A stretch of 64,000 nt of DNA from Podarcis gaigeae. Taxonomy: Eukaryota. Below the pieces are notes generated by a model. It saw only the letters and a list, made by a program, of their open reading frames with translations. It was not told where the DNA came from and made no database searches. The DNA is taken from the NCBI GenBank assembly GCA_964106915.2, contig OZ066915.1; one strand, written 5' to 3'. The position numbers and the translations under genes are program-made. Below are positions 11,745-26,000 of the stretch, piece after piece (within the stretch, counting starts at the first letter, position 1; every line of letters begins with the position of its first letter).

Positions 11745-14700
11745 GTGAGAGCCAAAACATACTCATGCATATTTTGGGGTGTCTCACTAGTTTGTGGGAG
11801 CAGCTTCAGAAATAAACAAGGAGACCTTGTCACAAGGGCTGTTGCACTGTTGAGCCATTTTATTGGCCCAGAAGATGCCCTTATGGATCCCTAACCTTGC
11901 TCTATCATGGGCAATGAGAACTGTTTTCTTGGTCAATTGTTCCCCTGAAGGGCATGTTATATGTAGGGCTGCCTCGGAAGATGGTTTGGAAACTTCAGCT
12001 GGTGCAGAATTCAGCGGCTATGTTGCTCCATGGGGCTAGACGGTTTAAGCATATTATACCAATCTTGGCCCAACTGCACTAGCCACCAATTAGTTTCTGC
12101 GTCTGATTCAAAGTGTTGGTCTTGACCTATAAAGCCGTAACCAGCTGATGACTGCAATACCTGAAGGACTGCCTCTCCCCATATAAACCAGCCCAGACCC
12201 TGCGGTCATCACCTGAGGCCCTTCTTTGTGTGCCTCCTCCAAGGCAGGTCCGGAGGGTGGCAGCACAAGAATGGGCCTTCTCTGTAGTGGCTCCCAGTCT
12301 GTGGAATTCTTTCCCCAGGGAGCCTTACCTTGTGCCTTCGTTATACACCTTTAGGCGCCAGGTGAAAACATTCCTCTTCAACCAGGCCTTTGGCTGACTG
12401 ACACCCGATTTCCTTTTAAATGTGTTGTAGGGGGGTTGTTATTATTGGTTCTTATTTTTTATTATGTATTGGGGGGTATTGTATTTTTATGTTATGAGTC
12501 ACCCTGAGATCTACAAATGGAAGGTGGTATGCAGATTTCATAAATAAATAAAATGTTGCAAGGTGTTTGTTGTTGGTCTGTGTCTCCCTGCCGGTTTTTT
12601 GAGAGTTCTTCTTTTTAGGCAATCACTCGTAGCTGAGTAAGATGGACCTAGTGCAGGAAGGTGGGCAACCTACAGCCCTAGAGCTGCATAGGGCCTTCAG
12701 CTGAAATCTGTTACCTCACCCTGCCCTCAATAGTTTAGGACCAGGCTCTTTGAAGGACTTCCTATACCCATATGCAGCTACCTGGACTTTCAAACTGGTC
12801 TCAGAGGTCTTGCTCACGTTTCCTTTCATCAAGATCTATTCAAGTGGCAGTGACTAGAGACAGGGTCTTCTCAGTGTTGGCTCTGCACCTGTGGAACTCC
12901 TTCCCGAGGGATATACATGCAGCTTCTTTCTATCACAATGCTCTGAAACACCCTCCCTGAGGCAGTGTCTTGCCCCTCGTGATTTCTTTCAACTGAGTTT
13001 TTTACCTGTTTTTCTTGTGGGAGGGTGACATGTTTTGTGGAGGTATTGCCTGCTTTTTGTGCATTTTTGGTTTTTATTTTGCAATGTGTGTTCAGTATTT
13101 TTTGACTGGTTCTTTGTGGGGGGAGAGGTGTGGGTTCTGAGCATCACCAACGTTTCTTTCTGTGAAATGGGCATTTTGTGATGCTCTCAACAGTTTTTTC
13201 TTAGATTTCCACATGCCCCCCTCTCTAGGTCCAGAATGTTTGCCCTCCCCCATCATTCTTGCACATTGGAGTCCCAAGATGCTTTTGATAAATTTAGGAG
13301 AGAAGCTCCAGAAAGTGACTTTTATGGCTGAGTGGGGATTTGAACCCTGGTCTCTAAGGTCCTAGTCCAGTCCTCTAACCACTACACCACAGTGGGTCTC
13401 TGGATATCCCTTGTGGGTTGCTGTCCCAAAGACAAGAGCGGGAAAATTCATCTGAACTGGACAAACAGGAAAGCATCTTCTTTCTTAGCAGGGAGCAACA
13501 TCTCTGGAAAAAGACCTCACTTGTTGTCTGTGCAGGCCTCTCCTTCCTTTCCCTTTCCTGTCAGTCTCCCACAGCTGCAGCCGGCCTGCACAAGACTTGA
13601 CAGTCTCAGTCCCTGGTTGCATTCTCTGGCTTTTCGTGCATGCTGGATAATTGACCGCCTGTCTGACCTGTGTTTCTCTCTGCTTCCTTGTCTGTCTGAA
13701 TATTTAGGAAGTTGTCATGGTGGATTGTTGATTTGGCAAATAACGCTGAGAGCAAGCAATAGTCAGCAAGCCATGACATCTTTTTGTTGGTGGGGGAAGG
13801 GAGGTTGACCGGAGAAGCCTCTGGTGCCAAAAGGGGCATCATTTTCTTAGATTAGGAGCTAGGAGGAATCTGGAGTTCAAAGCTGGACAACACTGGGATT
13901 TTAATGGGACTCATCTTAATGCTGGCTCAGTTGGTTAGAGCGTGATGCTGATAATGCTTTAATCCCTGGATGGGACAGCTGCATATTCAGGTTGGACCAG
14001 ATGATCCTCAGGGTCCCTTCCAACTTCTATGAATCTGTAAGGGCAGCCTGTGTAGATGACACCTCGATGGAGCTCAGTGGCAGAGCACCTCTTTTACGTG
14101 CAGGAAGTCTGTGGTTCTACTCCTGGCATCTCCAGGCAGGGCTGGGAAAGGGAGCCTGTCTGAAGCCCTGGAGAACCGCTGCCAGTCACCAGGCTTGATG
14201 TCTGATTTGGTGTAAGGCAGCTGCCTCTGGTCCACTAGGATTATATTGGGGTCAGAATTGTGAGTGGACCTTCTCACACCAGTCACTGGATCACAATGAC
14301 AGGACTGATCCAGGGGAATTTTGTACTTATTTGAATGCAACACCTGCCCCCCCCCCCCAATGTGGGGGCTTATCGTCACTTTCATGGGGTAAGCATGGAT
14401 TACTAAGGCGTGTTGAATTTTTAGACTTTCGAATTCCAAGAATGAGGGGTGCTAAAAAGTTGGGGAATTCAAAATATATTTTGCTTAAATTAATTATTCT
14501 TGCTTGATAAGTAAAATGTGTGTAAAATTGCATAGAAATCATTAACAATGATTGCCAAGTACTTGCAGTTATATTATTAATTAATTAATTAGCATTATCT
14601 GACATTTTCAGAAGGTAAAATTAAATTTATTTGGTTGTCTGAAAGCAGTTTATGTGTTTCTTCATCAAACATAAACTTATGAAGTTAACTGTTGTCCAAT

Positions 14701-17700
14701 CATAAAAATAATAGCAAATTTTAATTACTCACATCCAAAAACATATTTTTAAGACCACTCACTGAATAAATTCATAAAAAATCAGTTTTATCTCTAAAAC
14801 AACACACCCTAATAGAACTGGAGACCCCTCCATGGATGGAACTGCCAAGATGCTCATGCTCACCCTTAGAAGACCTCTTGGACCAATCCTTTCTGTAAAG
14901 GAAAGTGTTGCCATTAAGGACACTGGCTCCTTCTAGCAAGCTGACAAATGCCAGTGACATTCTGCTGAGCATGCCAGACTTGGTAAAAGCAACCTCTCTT
15001 AGATGATCAAATATGACCGAGTCCCTCCAGGACTCCTAAGGACATAGCATATTCCTAAAATCCTCAAGATTTTGGTGCCCCAGAGTGGGAAATGGGCAGC
15101 GCTGTTCCAGGAACAGCCTTGCTATACTTTTTACTGGAGGGAAATATGCTTTGGCCTAGAGGGAGCTCTGTTTGAGCAGTCTATGAAAGATATCCATCAC
15201 AGAATAAGGATGCATGGCAACATGGTTATTTCCAAGATGTCCAAAGCAAAAAACATTGCACTCTATTGCTTAGGTGCTGGTGCAGCCTCTGATGCCAGCT
15301 GACTGAGCCGACATCATGGCATGGCAAGTCCATAAACATAACAATTGCTCAGGGACAAAGAATGTCTGTAGTTCAGGTTCCATGAGGGAAGTGAAAGGTG
15401 TCAGCTTGGCTGAGCTTAAAACCCCTCGCATACAGAAGAAGCGGATACCTGTGGACCTCCAGATGTTGCTGGGCTCCCATCAGCCCTAGATCAATGTTCA
15501 AAGGTCTATGAGAGTCACAATCCAGCAACATCTGGAAACCACAGGTTCCCCACTCCTGCTCTAGGGACAGGAGCACTTGTCTGAGAAAGAGGAACCTGAG
15601 GATAGTGGATCTTCTGGACAAAGGCAATGAAGAATTGAGGTGAGAAGGGGCCAATGAGAGAGGGAGCTCTGAGGAAGTGCTTCAGGTTAAGATGTAGGCT
15701 GCAAGGAATTGGAAAAGGGTACGGAAGGAATGCCAAGGGAGGTAGACAAGGGTTAGGGTGGCTGACATAATAAGGAGGCATCCAAGGAAATAACTTCAGT
15801 ACGGTGCCTTGGGACAATAGCAGCTCAGCATTCTTGGCAGGCGGACAGGAAAGGGAGGAAGCCAAATTTAAAATACTAAGTGACGCAAAAGAAAGTGGTG
15901 GTTTTGCCCTGCCAGACCTTAAACTTTACTATGAATCAGCCGCATTTTGCTGGCTGAAAGAATGGCTGCTTCTTGAGAACACAGACATTTTGGATTTAGA
16001 AGGTTTTAATAATGTATTTGGGTGGCATGCATATCTGTGGCATGATAAGGTCAAAGCACATAAAGCATTTAAAAACCATATTGTCAGGAAAGCACTGTTT
16101 AATGTCTGGATAAGATATAAAGACCTACTTGAAAGTAAAACCCCAAGGTGGTTGTCACCGATGGAAGCGAAGGCTCAGAAAAAGCTCAATATGGAGGCCA
16201 AATGGCCGAAATATTGGGAGATTTTGGAACAAGAAGGAGATAAGTTGAAATTGCAGAGCTTTGAGAAACTAAAAGACAAAGTGCGAGATTGGCTCCACTA
16301 TTATCAAATAAGGGAGGCTTACAATCTAGACAAGAAAATTGGCTTCCAGGTGGAAAAATCAAAATTGGAAACAGAACTGTTAGATCCCAAAACTAAGATA
16401 TTATCAAGAATGTATAACTTGCTGTTGAAATGGAATACTCAGGATGAAACGGTGAAATCTGCTATGATAAAATGGGCACAAGATATCAGACATAACATTA
16501 TGTTTGCTGACTGTTGCGGACCACAGGTATGAAATTTACGGCATGTAATGCCTTAAGAGAGAATATTATGAAAATGATATACAGGTGGTACATGACACCA
16601 GGCAAGCTTGCAAAAATCTATCATTTGCCCGATAATAAGTGTTGGAAATGTTAAGAAAATGAAGGTACATTCTTTCACCTTTGGTGGACGTGCCCAAAGA
16701 TTAAGGCTTTCTGGGAGATGATCTATAATGAAATGAAAAAGGTATTTAAATATACCTTCCTGAAGAAACCAGAGGCCTTTCTCCTGGGCATGGTCGGCCA
16801 ATTGGTGCCAAAGAAGGATAGAACTCTCTTTATGTATGCTACAACAGCAGCAATAATACTTATTGCAAGGTATTGGAAGACACAAGATTTACCCACCCGG
16901 GAAGAATGGCAGATGAAGTTGATGGACTATATGGAACTGGCGGAAATGACTGGCAGAATCCGAGACCAGGGAGAAGAGTCGGTAGAAAAAGATTGGAATA
17001 AATTTAAAGACTATTTACAGAAACACTGTAAAATTAAGGAATGTTAGAAGGATGCTGGAATGAAGTTATGTGGTTTTAGCAACAATGTTACAAAGGGGTA
17101 TGTAAAAATGGATTGTTAACAGGTGGAATGTAAAGTTACAATATATTAAGATAAAATATCAAGATAAAAGCAAAAATGGTAAGGATTTGCTGAAACAACT
17201 ATTGAACTAGAATACAAAAAAGGGAGGTGTGAGGAGGTCGGGGAAACAAGTAAATGAAAGACAAGATATGGAAAGATTGATTGTTTTTAACTGTTTTTAT
17301 TTTCTTGTATTTTGTATTTTTCTTTTCTTTTTTCTTTTTTCACTTTTGGAACTTTTTTGAAACATTAATAAATATTATTTTTAAAAAAAACAGGAAAGGG
17401 AGGAAGCCAAGAAGGGCCCAGTCACTGTTTTGTCTTTTTAGATACCCCCCCCCCAAAGGTCCTGCAAGGCAATTCTTTGCAAAATTGATAATATGGCATA
17501 ACCGATTTATAAAACCCTCAACCATGAAAGTTCATGAGGCACAATACCTCTAAATCTAAGTGGCTTTGGGGCTTCAAGGCTTCAGAACAGGGGTCCTCAA
17601 ACTAAGGCCCGCAGGCCAGATTCGGCCCGCCAGGCTCGTCAATCCGGCCTGCCAGCCATAACGCCATGCTGTGCGAGGACTGACAGAGCGGGCTCAAATT

Positions 17701-19967
17701 CGCTCCTCTCTGTGATGAGGGGAGATGCACCTCCTCGCCGGCTGGATTTCTGCCTGTGGGCAGCCGTGACTGGACACAATTCTTATGTTCTTAGTGCTTA
17801 TGAGATTATTTTGGCTTTCTGGAGGACTAGATGAATTGCTGCGTGTGTGTGTTTATTTGGATTTATATCCTGTCTTTCCTCCCCAAGGAGCTCAGGGTAG
17901 ATTTATATACAGTATATACCGTATTTTTCAGTGTATAAGACGCCCCCATGTATATGAGGGACTCCGATTTAAGAAAATGGGGGGAAAGATTTATCCGTGT
18001 ATAAGACATCCCCAAATTTTGGACATTATTTTTTAGGAAAACAAGCTAGCCTTATACACGAAAAATACAGTATATGGAATAGTCTGTGATGTTTTGGATC
18101 TTTTTAGCTGTGGTATGTTTGGACCGTAATCGGGGTGGGTTTTTTTTCCTTCTTTTCCTTCTTGTCTTTTTAACATTTTTCAAGTTGTGTTTAAACATTT
18201 CTTGTTACATTGCCCAGAGAGCCATGTTACAGGGCAATTAATGAATAAGTGAATGTAAGTGCATGTATTGTATTGAGCAGACGTATAGCAGCCAGAGGTC
18301 CAACCTTCCATCCTCCCCAAGAGGGAGGAAGCTTGGGATGCACAGGAACTCTGCTTATACGATATTGTATTAAACAGCTGCACAACATGGATAAAATGCA
18401 ACTGGTGGTGCTTTCTACCACCCCTGATTAAACAAAGTCCAGCTATCAGATTTCTGTCTCACATACTGGTGTTAAAATGCACATTGTTCACTGAGGTCCA
18501 GCGCCGAGGGCCTTCTGGCGGTTCCCTCATTGCGAGAAGCAAAGCTACAGGGAACCAGGCAGAGGACCTTCTAGGTAGTGGCCCCCGCCCTGTGGAACGC
18601 CCTCCCATCAGATGTCAAAGCGATAAACAACTACATGACATTCAGAAGACATCTTCAGGGAAGTTTTTAATGTTTGATGTATTACAGTATTTTAATATTT
18701 TTTTTGGAAGCCGCCCCGAGTGGCTGGGGAGGCCCAGCCAGATGNNNNNNNNNNNNNNNNNNNNNNNNNNNNNNNNNNNNNNNNNNNNNNNNNNNNNNNN
18801 NNNNNNNNNNNNNNNNNNNNNNNNNNNNNNNNNNNNNNNNNNNNNNNNNNNNNNNNNNNNNNNNNNNNNNNNNNNNNCCCACTACTTGTTGGATTGTTTC
18901 TGCAGTATTATTTGAGATATGGGATGCTGGTGGTGCTGTGGTCTAAACCACTGAGCCTCCCTGCAATGTTGCTCTGTCCCAGTTCCTGCCAACCTAGCAG
19001 TTGAAAGCACACCAATGCAAGTAGATAAATAGGTACCACTGCAGCAGGAAGATAAACAGTGTTTCCATGCGCTCTGGTTTTCGTCATGGTGTTCCGTTGC
19101 ACCAGAAGCAGCTTAGTCATGCTGGCCACATGACCCAGAAAGCTGTCTGTGGACAAACACTGGCTTCCTTGACCTGAAAGCGAGATGAGTGCCGCAACTC
19201 CATAGTCGCCTTTGACTGGACTTAACCATCCAGGGGTCCTTTACCTTTTACCTTTAATTGTTTGAGATACATTATTGCTTTTCCTAGTTGGGTTGAGCTC
19301 CTATATATTTAACAGTGCATGACAGGCAGAAGCCTGCTAAATGTATTCTTCATTCATACCTGGGGGAAAAATCTCTTTGATTTCTGCCTGCCATGCAGCT
19401 AAATGCACAGGAACACTCCTAGGAAAAATAGCTCACATCTATGATTGTTACAGGCATTTTGCAGCTACATGACAGGTAGAAAGTCAACAAAATTCATCAT
19501 ATTTTTTTCAAAATACAGTATAGTCTGGCCCCCAACAGTGTCTGAGGGACAGTGAACTGGCCCCCTGTTCAGAAAGTTTGAGGACCCCTGCATCAGAATG
19601 ACTTCTGTGGTCTTCCTATTAGAGGACCAGGGAGATGGATTTTGTGTGTTCCGACTGAGACCCTCATGGGAGCACCTGCATTCTCTAGGGCTAAGTAGAG
19701 CTGCCTATTGCAAATGTTTGTTGAATACCACCATGTGTATAGAAACTAGCACACTGTGCAAAGATAAAAGCACACTGGGTGCCCTCTGGCTGAAAAAGGT
19801 TCCCCACTCCTGTCTTAGGAAATGGGGCAGCTGATAATACAATATTCATTTGCATCACAAATCAGGAAAGTAATCAACACAGCTTGGGCAGGCATGGCCT
19901 TAGCTGCCTTCCCACTCTACTGGAGTGGGTGGGGGTAGGATGTTATGAATATTTGCATGCTATTGCA

Positions 19968-20002
<35 letters not shown>

Positions 20003-23000
20003 ATTTAGCAACAAAAAGCAGTTAAATTCCTCTAGCTGCATAAATTAAAGCTCTTTTATCTCAAGGCTAAGCAGCTCCCTGGAGCTGATAGGTGAACCCA
20101 CTTTATTCTGCTGGTAATTGCTCAGTCTCCTTCACTCACTGCTTTGCATCTATGATACTCTTTTAGAAACACAATGGAGGGAAGAAGGGGTCTGAATACA
20201 TCGCTCAGTAAGGAAGGTTCTGTGCTCCATCTCTTAGCATGAAAGGGGTCGGCCTCAGCAGTTGTGAGTCACGCTTCATCAGCCAGGAGAAAATATCCTC
20301 CTTGGAGAGATGGAAAGTGGCAAGAATGAATTCAAAGGTTAGGGCGGGTGGACTACCTCTGCTATGCTGGCCCCCCACCCCACCAGTCCTGGATAACTCC
20401 CCACCCTAACTTTTTTCATTTCAGCCCCACAATACATTTTGCTGCTGCCATTGTTAAACAACTGGCATTCAGAAAGCCATGCCTGTCTGCTTCAGATCAC
20501 AAAGATATCAGCCAGTAGATCTAGAACAACCTTCTGGCCACCCCTGAATTAGATGGCTATGCCTTCAATCATACATTCAGGCTAACTGGCCTTTTCCCAG
20601 CCCTTCCAGCACCCTGGAACGAGGTGATTTGTGCCGCTGATGAGCCTATCTTTCTATACAGCGTGGGGGGGGGGGACGAGGGACATCCATGGATCTCCAG
20701 ACATTACTGGACTATGACACCCATCATCTCTGACCATTGACCATGCTGACTGGGGCTGATGGGAGTGGGAGGGCTGCAGCTCTCCCACCCCTGTAATATA
20801 AGGTGTTCAGAAAATATTGGACTTGTTCACCATAAGGAGCCAATTTCTCCTCCTACCTGGAGCCAGCCCTGCTTTGTGGGAAGCTCTACCTGGAGCCAGC
20901 CCACCAAGTTCATTTTCAAAGTTAAGAGAAAGGTGATTTGCTTATGCTTGCTTGAACAAGCTGCACGTCAGATGTCTCAAAGGTCTTATGTTCGCAGGAA
21001 TGCAAGGAAAAGCTAGTTTATGCCTGCTTCCTGTAGAGAAAGAATAGGGACCTTGTGGCCCTCAAACTCCCATCCGTCCCAGCCAACATGGACAGGGGTG
21101 ATGGGATTTGTAGTCCAGACACATCTGGAGGGCACCAGGTCCTTCATCCCTGCTGTAGAACTTGTCTGGCAGTGCCTTCTTCTAAAAACACCCTTGATTG
21201 CAAGATTATCATATGACTGTGAGTGCCAATCATCCTGGGCTAGACTGAATTTTCCTCCCTGCCAGGAATGCTCATTTGAGAACAGAAAATGATGGGGTTG
21301 AATGAGGCCCCAAAAAAGGCTTTCTCTGCCTTTTTATGGGAGTTGCAAATGCAAACTAGATTAAACTTGCTCTGTGTTATTATCTAGCACATCTAAAGTG
21401 CAAGTCTTCTTCCTACCACACAAAGCAGATTGGCTGAGAAAGAAAATGCCGCAGTCTTGCAAGCGCACAACACATGCGCCTGTATCATGCTCTGATTACG
21501 GTTTCCACACAGTGTTTCTTCAACTCCCTCTCCTGACATAAACCAGCACCCCCCCCTTCTGCCAGGAGGCACCTGTGTTTGATCTTCAAATGGAGCAGAG
21601 ATAATCTGAAAGCCAAGAAATTACACGCTCCTCTTTGCGAATTCCAAAACCATCCCTTCCTCTGAGACCCAACAGCCACAGCAGCAGAAAAGAAGAAAAT
21701 GTGTTTGTTAAATGGGGGGGGGGGGGAGAGAGAGAGAGTATGCCACTGTATGGAGTCACTGCTACAGTGCACATAAATATTGAATGCTGTGCTGAGCCTC
21801 CTCTGGCAGCATAATATGAAGTCAGATCTCAGATGGAGGATATGTATAAACAGAGGTTCTGTTTCTGAAGGAGCAATTCTGAAGGCTAAACACAGGGTCT
21901 CTGGTTTCCAGGGTTGGATCTTTTTGGCTGAAGATGGAATGTAGCATTTGTAAGGCAGTAGAGATGCTTTGGAAGTTCCTGGCCAGTATAAATGCATGCT
22001 TATTCTTCACCAGGAAGCAGCAAGTTATTAGATGGATTACTCAGTAGATTTCCCCTTTAAATGCCACATCTGTCTTCAGCCTGAGTGAACAGGTAGGGGT
22101 GGGGTGGAGGAAAGACATGGACTGTCCAGATAGCCAAGACTGGTCCTTTTCCCCTTCCTGCCCCACACCACCAGCCCATACTCTTCTGATGCCAATGGAA
22201 GCTGGCCTTCTGCATGGCCAGGGGCAGGGAGAGCATCCCTCCTTGCAGCAGAGGCAGATTTAGGGCCCCACACCTAGGGGGCGCTGCAGGGCATTGCAAC
22301 CAAGACATAGTGAATTGAGTAGAATGGAAGGTGAGAGGGTGGGCGGGGAGGCTCTGAATTTTGGCCTTGCGGAGAAGGTGCCACTGAAATGTGAAAGACC
22401 CAAGTCCTTCCCTGTTGTCAGCACTGGATTAAGATACAGTGAGGCCCCAGGCCATGTGGAGTTTAAGAGGTCCGTAGTGGTGCTCAAATCAATGCTATTT
22501 TTGGTATATATTTTTGGTCCTATCAGAACAATTGTGTCTATTTTAGAGTCTCTTTCCCCAGTTTCCTTTAATTTTTTAAAAAGCCAATTATGTAAGACTT
22601 GAAACTCAGAAAAAATGTCAACTTAGTGTAAGTTTTACTCAGCATAGACCCACTGAAATTAATGAACATATGACTTAAATTAGGGTTATTCATTTCAAAA
22701 GGTCTACTATGAGTAAAATTTAGCTGAATGCAAACCCTCATATTTAGAGGTCATTCATAGTCTGAGGCCCTAACCTGTTGTTTGCTTAGGCTGCCCATAA
22801 ATCCGCCACTGCCTTCGCTCCCTGGGAGTGGGCTGTTTTTCACTGCAGCTACAGTACAGGAGAAAGGGTTAACCCTCCCTCATGCACCATGATTTTGAGC
22901 CTAATCTCCCCCCCCCCCACCCCGCCTCAGAAAAGTGGGGGAAGGAATTGCACTCACAATTCTTTTATTCTTTTAAGTGTCCTTTTCTCCATCAAATTCT

Positions 23001-26000
23001 CTTTATTGCTTCTGGGCAGGTTTGCTTAACACTGCAGTTGTGCAGCGTCTTCAGACATTGTAGGGGTTCTCGTGGCTCAAAACCAAAGAGACAGTTTTTA
23101 TGAAACACATTTTTCTCCATGATTATTCCTAAGCCTGTATATCTCACAAAAGGTGTATTTGTAGCTGACTTTATAAAAGAAAAAGCGGCACAGTTCAGAT
23201 CATTGCTGAATGGGCCGTGCCCTCTGGCAGACTCTGTTTGGGTTAAGTCCCATTCCCTTACAATCTGTTTAATCCTGCTTGGTGTCTAGTAGCATGTTGG
23301 AGCTGTGAGTTTCTGGGATCCTGCCGGAATGGTTTCTGGACTGCTGACAGAAGGGGAGCCTGGTAGTCCAGCAGTGTTCTAGTTCCCATGACAACACCCT
23401 CTTACGTTTCCTGGGTGACAGAGCCGCTCCAAATTAGGTACCCTGTGTGGTGTGTGAAATATTAGAGGCTGTGTCAAATGTTTGTCTATTAAGCTTTCTA
23501 TTTAGCAAAAGTCATGCTTCTGAAGGGGAAGATGCATCCTGAACACACGTATAATGTTGAAGTCATGGAGGGTAAATGAAGCAGCCCTCAGGAAGTATTG
23601 CCCTTATTCCTAACACATTGTTGTGCACCAACACTATCCAAGCAGTGCAAAATTCCAGGGGTTCCAGCCGTTTACCCAGGGTTCATGTTTCCTTTTGGGA
23701 ATGAGGCATGGCAGAGACCGTGGGGTCTTTGTGATATATGGCTTCTTTATGCATATATACAACCTGAGCCTACAATGGAGGGGTTCCCAGCATCAACACC
23801 CCAAAGGGGTATTGTTTCTTTGATAGCTGCAACCATGGATTCAAGCAGAAATCAGCCATGTCTCTCTGACCCTCTGCTTGCTACTTTTTCCTCTCCCTCA
23901 CATCACACAAAACTAAACTCTGAACTCTGGGTTTTGTCTTATCACTATCTCATTGCTGGAGGAGGGACCCCACCCATTTGTCACCCACAGTGGCTTAGAG
24001 TGGGGGGCTGAGGGGTGTGTGGCCGGGACACATTTTAGGGTGGGGGTGCAACTAGGCACCCCCATGATAGGCTCCCTCATTGGAGCCTGGCTCTGGTGGG
24101 CGAGGGAGCTGCCGAGCCAGTTTCCTTGCTCCCGGCTGCAGTAGCTCCGCTCCCGGGTCAAGCCTGGGGGTGGAGTGCAGGAGAGTCAGCAGCAGTGCTG
24201 CCTCTCTCCTCAACTGGGCTACGTGTGTGCCTGGCTGCAGCTCCACTCCTGGGTCAGGTCTGATGTTCGGATTAGTGATGTTCAGATCTGGTGTTCAGAT
24301 GTCTTTCCCCCCCCCCCCCACCTCCTGTCCTGGGTAAAACTGATTAGCGGATGAGTTGGCAGGAAATACCTCTTTGGGCCCAATGAGGGAAACATTTTCT
24401 GTATTGATTTTATTTTTTTGTTTTTTGGTTAAAAGTCAAAAGCAATGCTCAGTCAGTCCTAATTGCTTGTTTGCACATTCATCAGTCGTTCTTTTATATT
24501 TCTCTGACTAGGCATTCTCAGACCCATTGGGCTCCTGAAGAGAGTTGCAAAGCTCCGCAAAGGCCTGTCGTCCTGGGCCTAAATCAGCACCTTGACCACA
24601 GATAACCCTAATCCCAAAAAGTACTACAACAAAGAGAACCATAGAAACACAATAAATTGAACTGAATTTAATGAGAAGCAATTTAATCCATAAAATGAAA
24701 CATTCCAAAAGTTTAATGAGCCACCACCACATTATAACAACATTATGGAAGAACTCCACTCAATACACTCTGAGAATCCCTGGGAGTTTTCTCATTCATG
24801 CTATCCTTCCCCCAAATAATCCTGGGCGTTGTAGTTGCCCCTCACAGAGCTGTAGTTCCCAGCACCATTACACTATAGTTCCCAGGATTCTTGAGGATAA
24901 GCAGTGTTCTTTTGTGCATGGTTTCCTGGGGGGCAGCCAAGGGCGTTAGTTGCACCTGTTTTGAAACAAGTGAACCAGGTTTATCTCCTGACTGATTTGG
25001 TGACTCTCCCTGACTTGCCAAAATTAGGCCCCCTTCATCATGGCATGATTCTGTCTGCTTCTTTATTAACGTGTTGCTCTTTTCCCCCTCCCTTGTGTCT
25101 CCTCTCCACACATACAAATCCTTCTCTCCCAGAAATTGATGAAGACCGGCTCCCCAACCCTCTTTTGAAGGTATGTATAACTTCTCCAAGGGGTGAGGAA
25201 CTGAAGTCCAGTTTCATTTATCCAGCAAAATTGGGTGCTAAAGTACGTCCTGGATAGAACCGTTTCAAGCTGCAGATACAGTTTTAAGGCACCCCCAGTG
25301 AAAATTCTCCATGCACAGAGAGAAATGAAATGTCAGTGAAAAGGTTCTCCCTGGTGTGCTAGCTTTCTGTGTGAAGAGGATGGGGGAGTTGTTTGTTGGC
25401 AGGCATAGACACAGGCAACCTTCTCCCTCCAAGCACCTGGTCCAGGAAAAGGCTTCATTGCTTGATCGTATAGTAAAGTGGTATTTATTTAACATTAATT
25501 TGGGGCGTGAGAAAGAAAGAATATTATCTTTCTAAGTCAGTCCAAGTGCTTGGAAGGGTGCCTTCTGATCCTCACCCAAAGTCTTGCCATCACCACCAGC
25601 TCCACCACCTAATGCACATCCTTTCATTTCAGTTGGTATAAGTCCTCAGAAGAGCTACTGATCTCATGGTAGGAGGACAGAGGGAGCATTTGCCACTGCT
25701 GCTCCTCTTCCTTGACTTAAGAAGCAGTGGCAGGAACAAGAGTGTCGTGATGGTGCTGGCGGCAAGATCTGGTGTGGATGGGTAGGGGGGAGCTAACACT
25801 TCTTATCTCGTTTAGATTTTAATCTAGCCAGGGGAAAATTCCTGGCCTTGAAATATTTCCTAATGTGGCAAGTTTTAGGAGCTGCTAGAATTCTTCTCCA
25901 AACGTAGAGAGGTTCACCAGCATCTTCCACCTCCTATTGTCAGCTGATGGGCATGTGGGGGCTCACCTTGTACCATCAAAGGAGTAATCCAGAATGCACC

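Larger units (their letters stand above)
17588..19590 (+). mobile_element. ~2-kb non-autonomous hAT/Charlie (OC1-like) element with nested insertions
   Basis: TIR caggggtcctcaaact / agtttgaggacccctg; 7/8 TSD cttcagaa / catcagaa; spans an assembly gap. Confidence 0.8.

Noticed and set aside
15804-16532. 242-aa ORF as a novel gene
   Set aside because: It is L1 ORF2 sequence fused by chance to a few flanking codons (GTG start); the element is truncated and frameshifted.
18469-19004. ORFs spanning 18745-18877
   Set aside because: Artefacts of the N gap.
20853-20901. Short direct repeats (ctacctggagccagccc twice; also 32300-32334) as a CRISPR-like or designed array
   Set aside because: Only two units each; ordinary slippage duplications in eukaryotic DNA.
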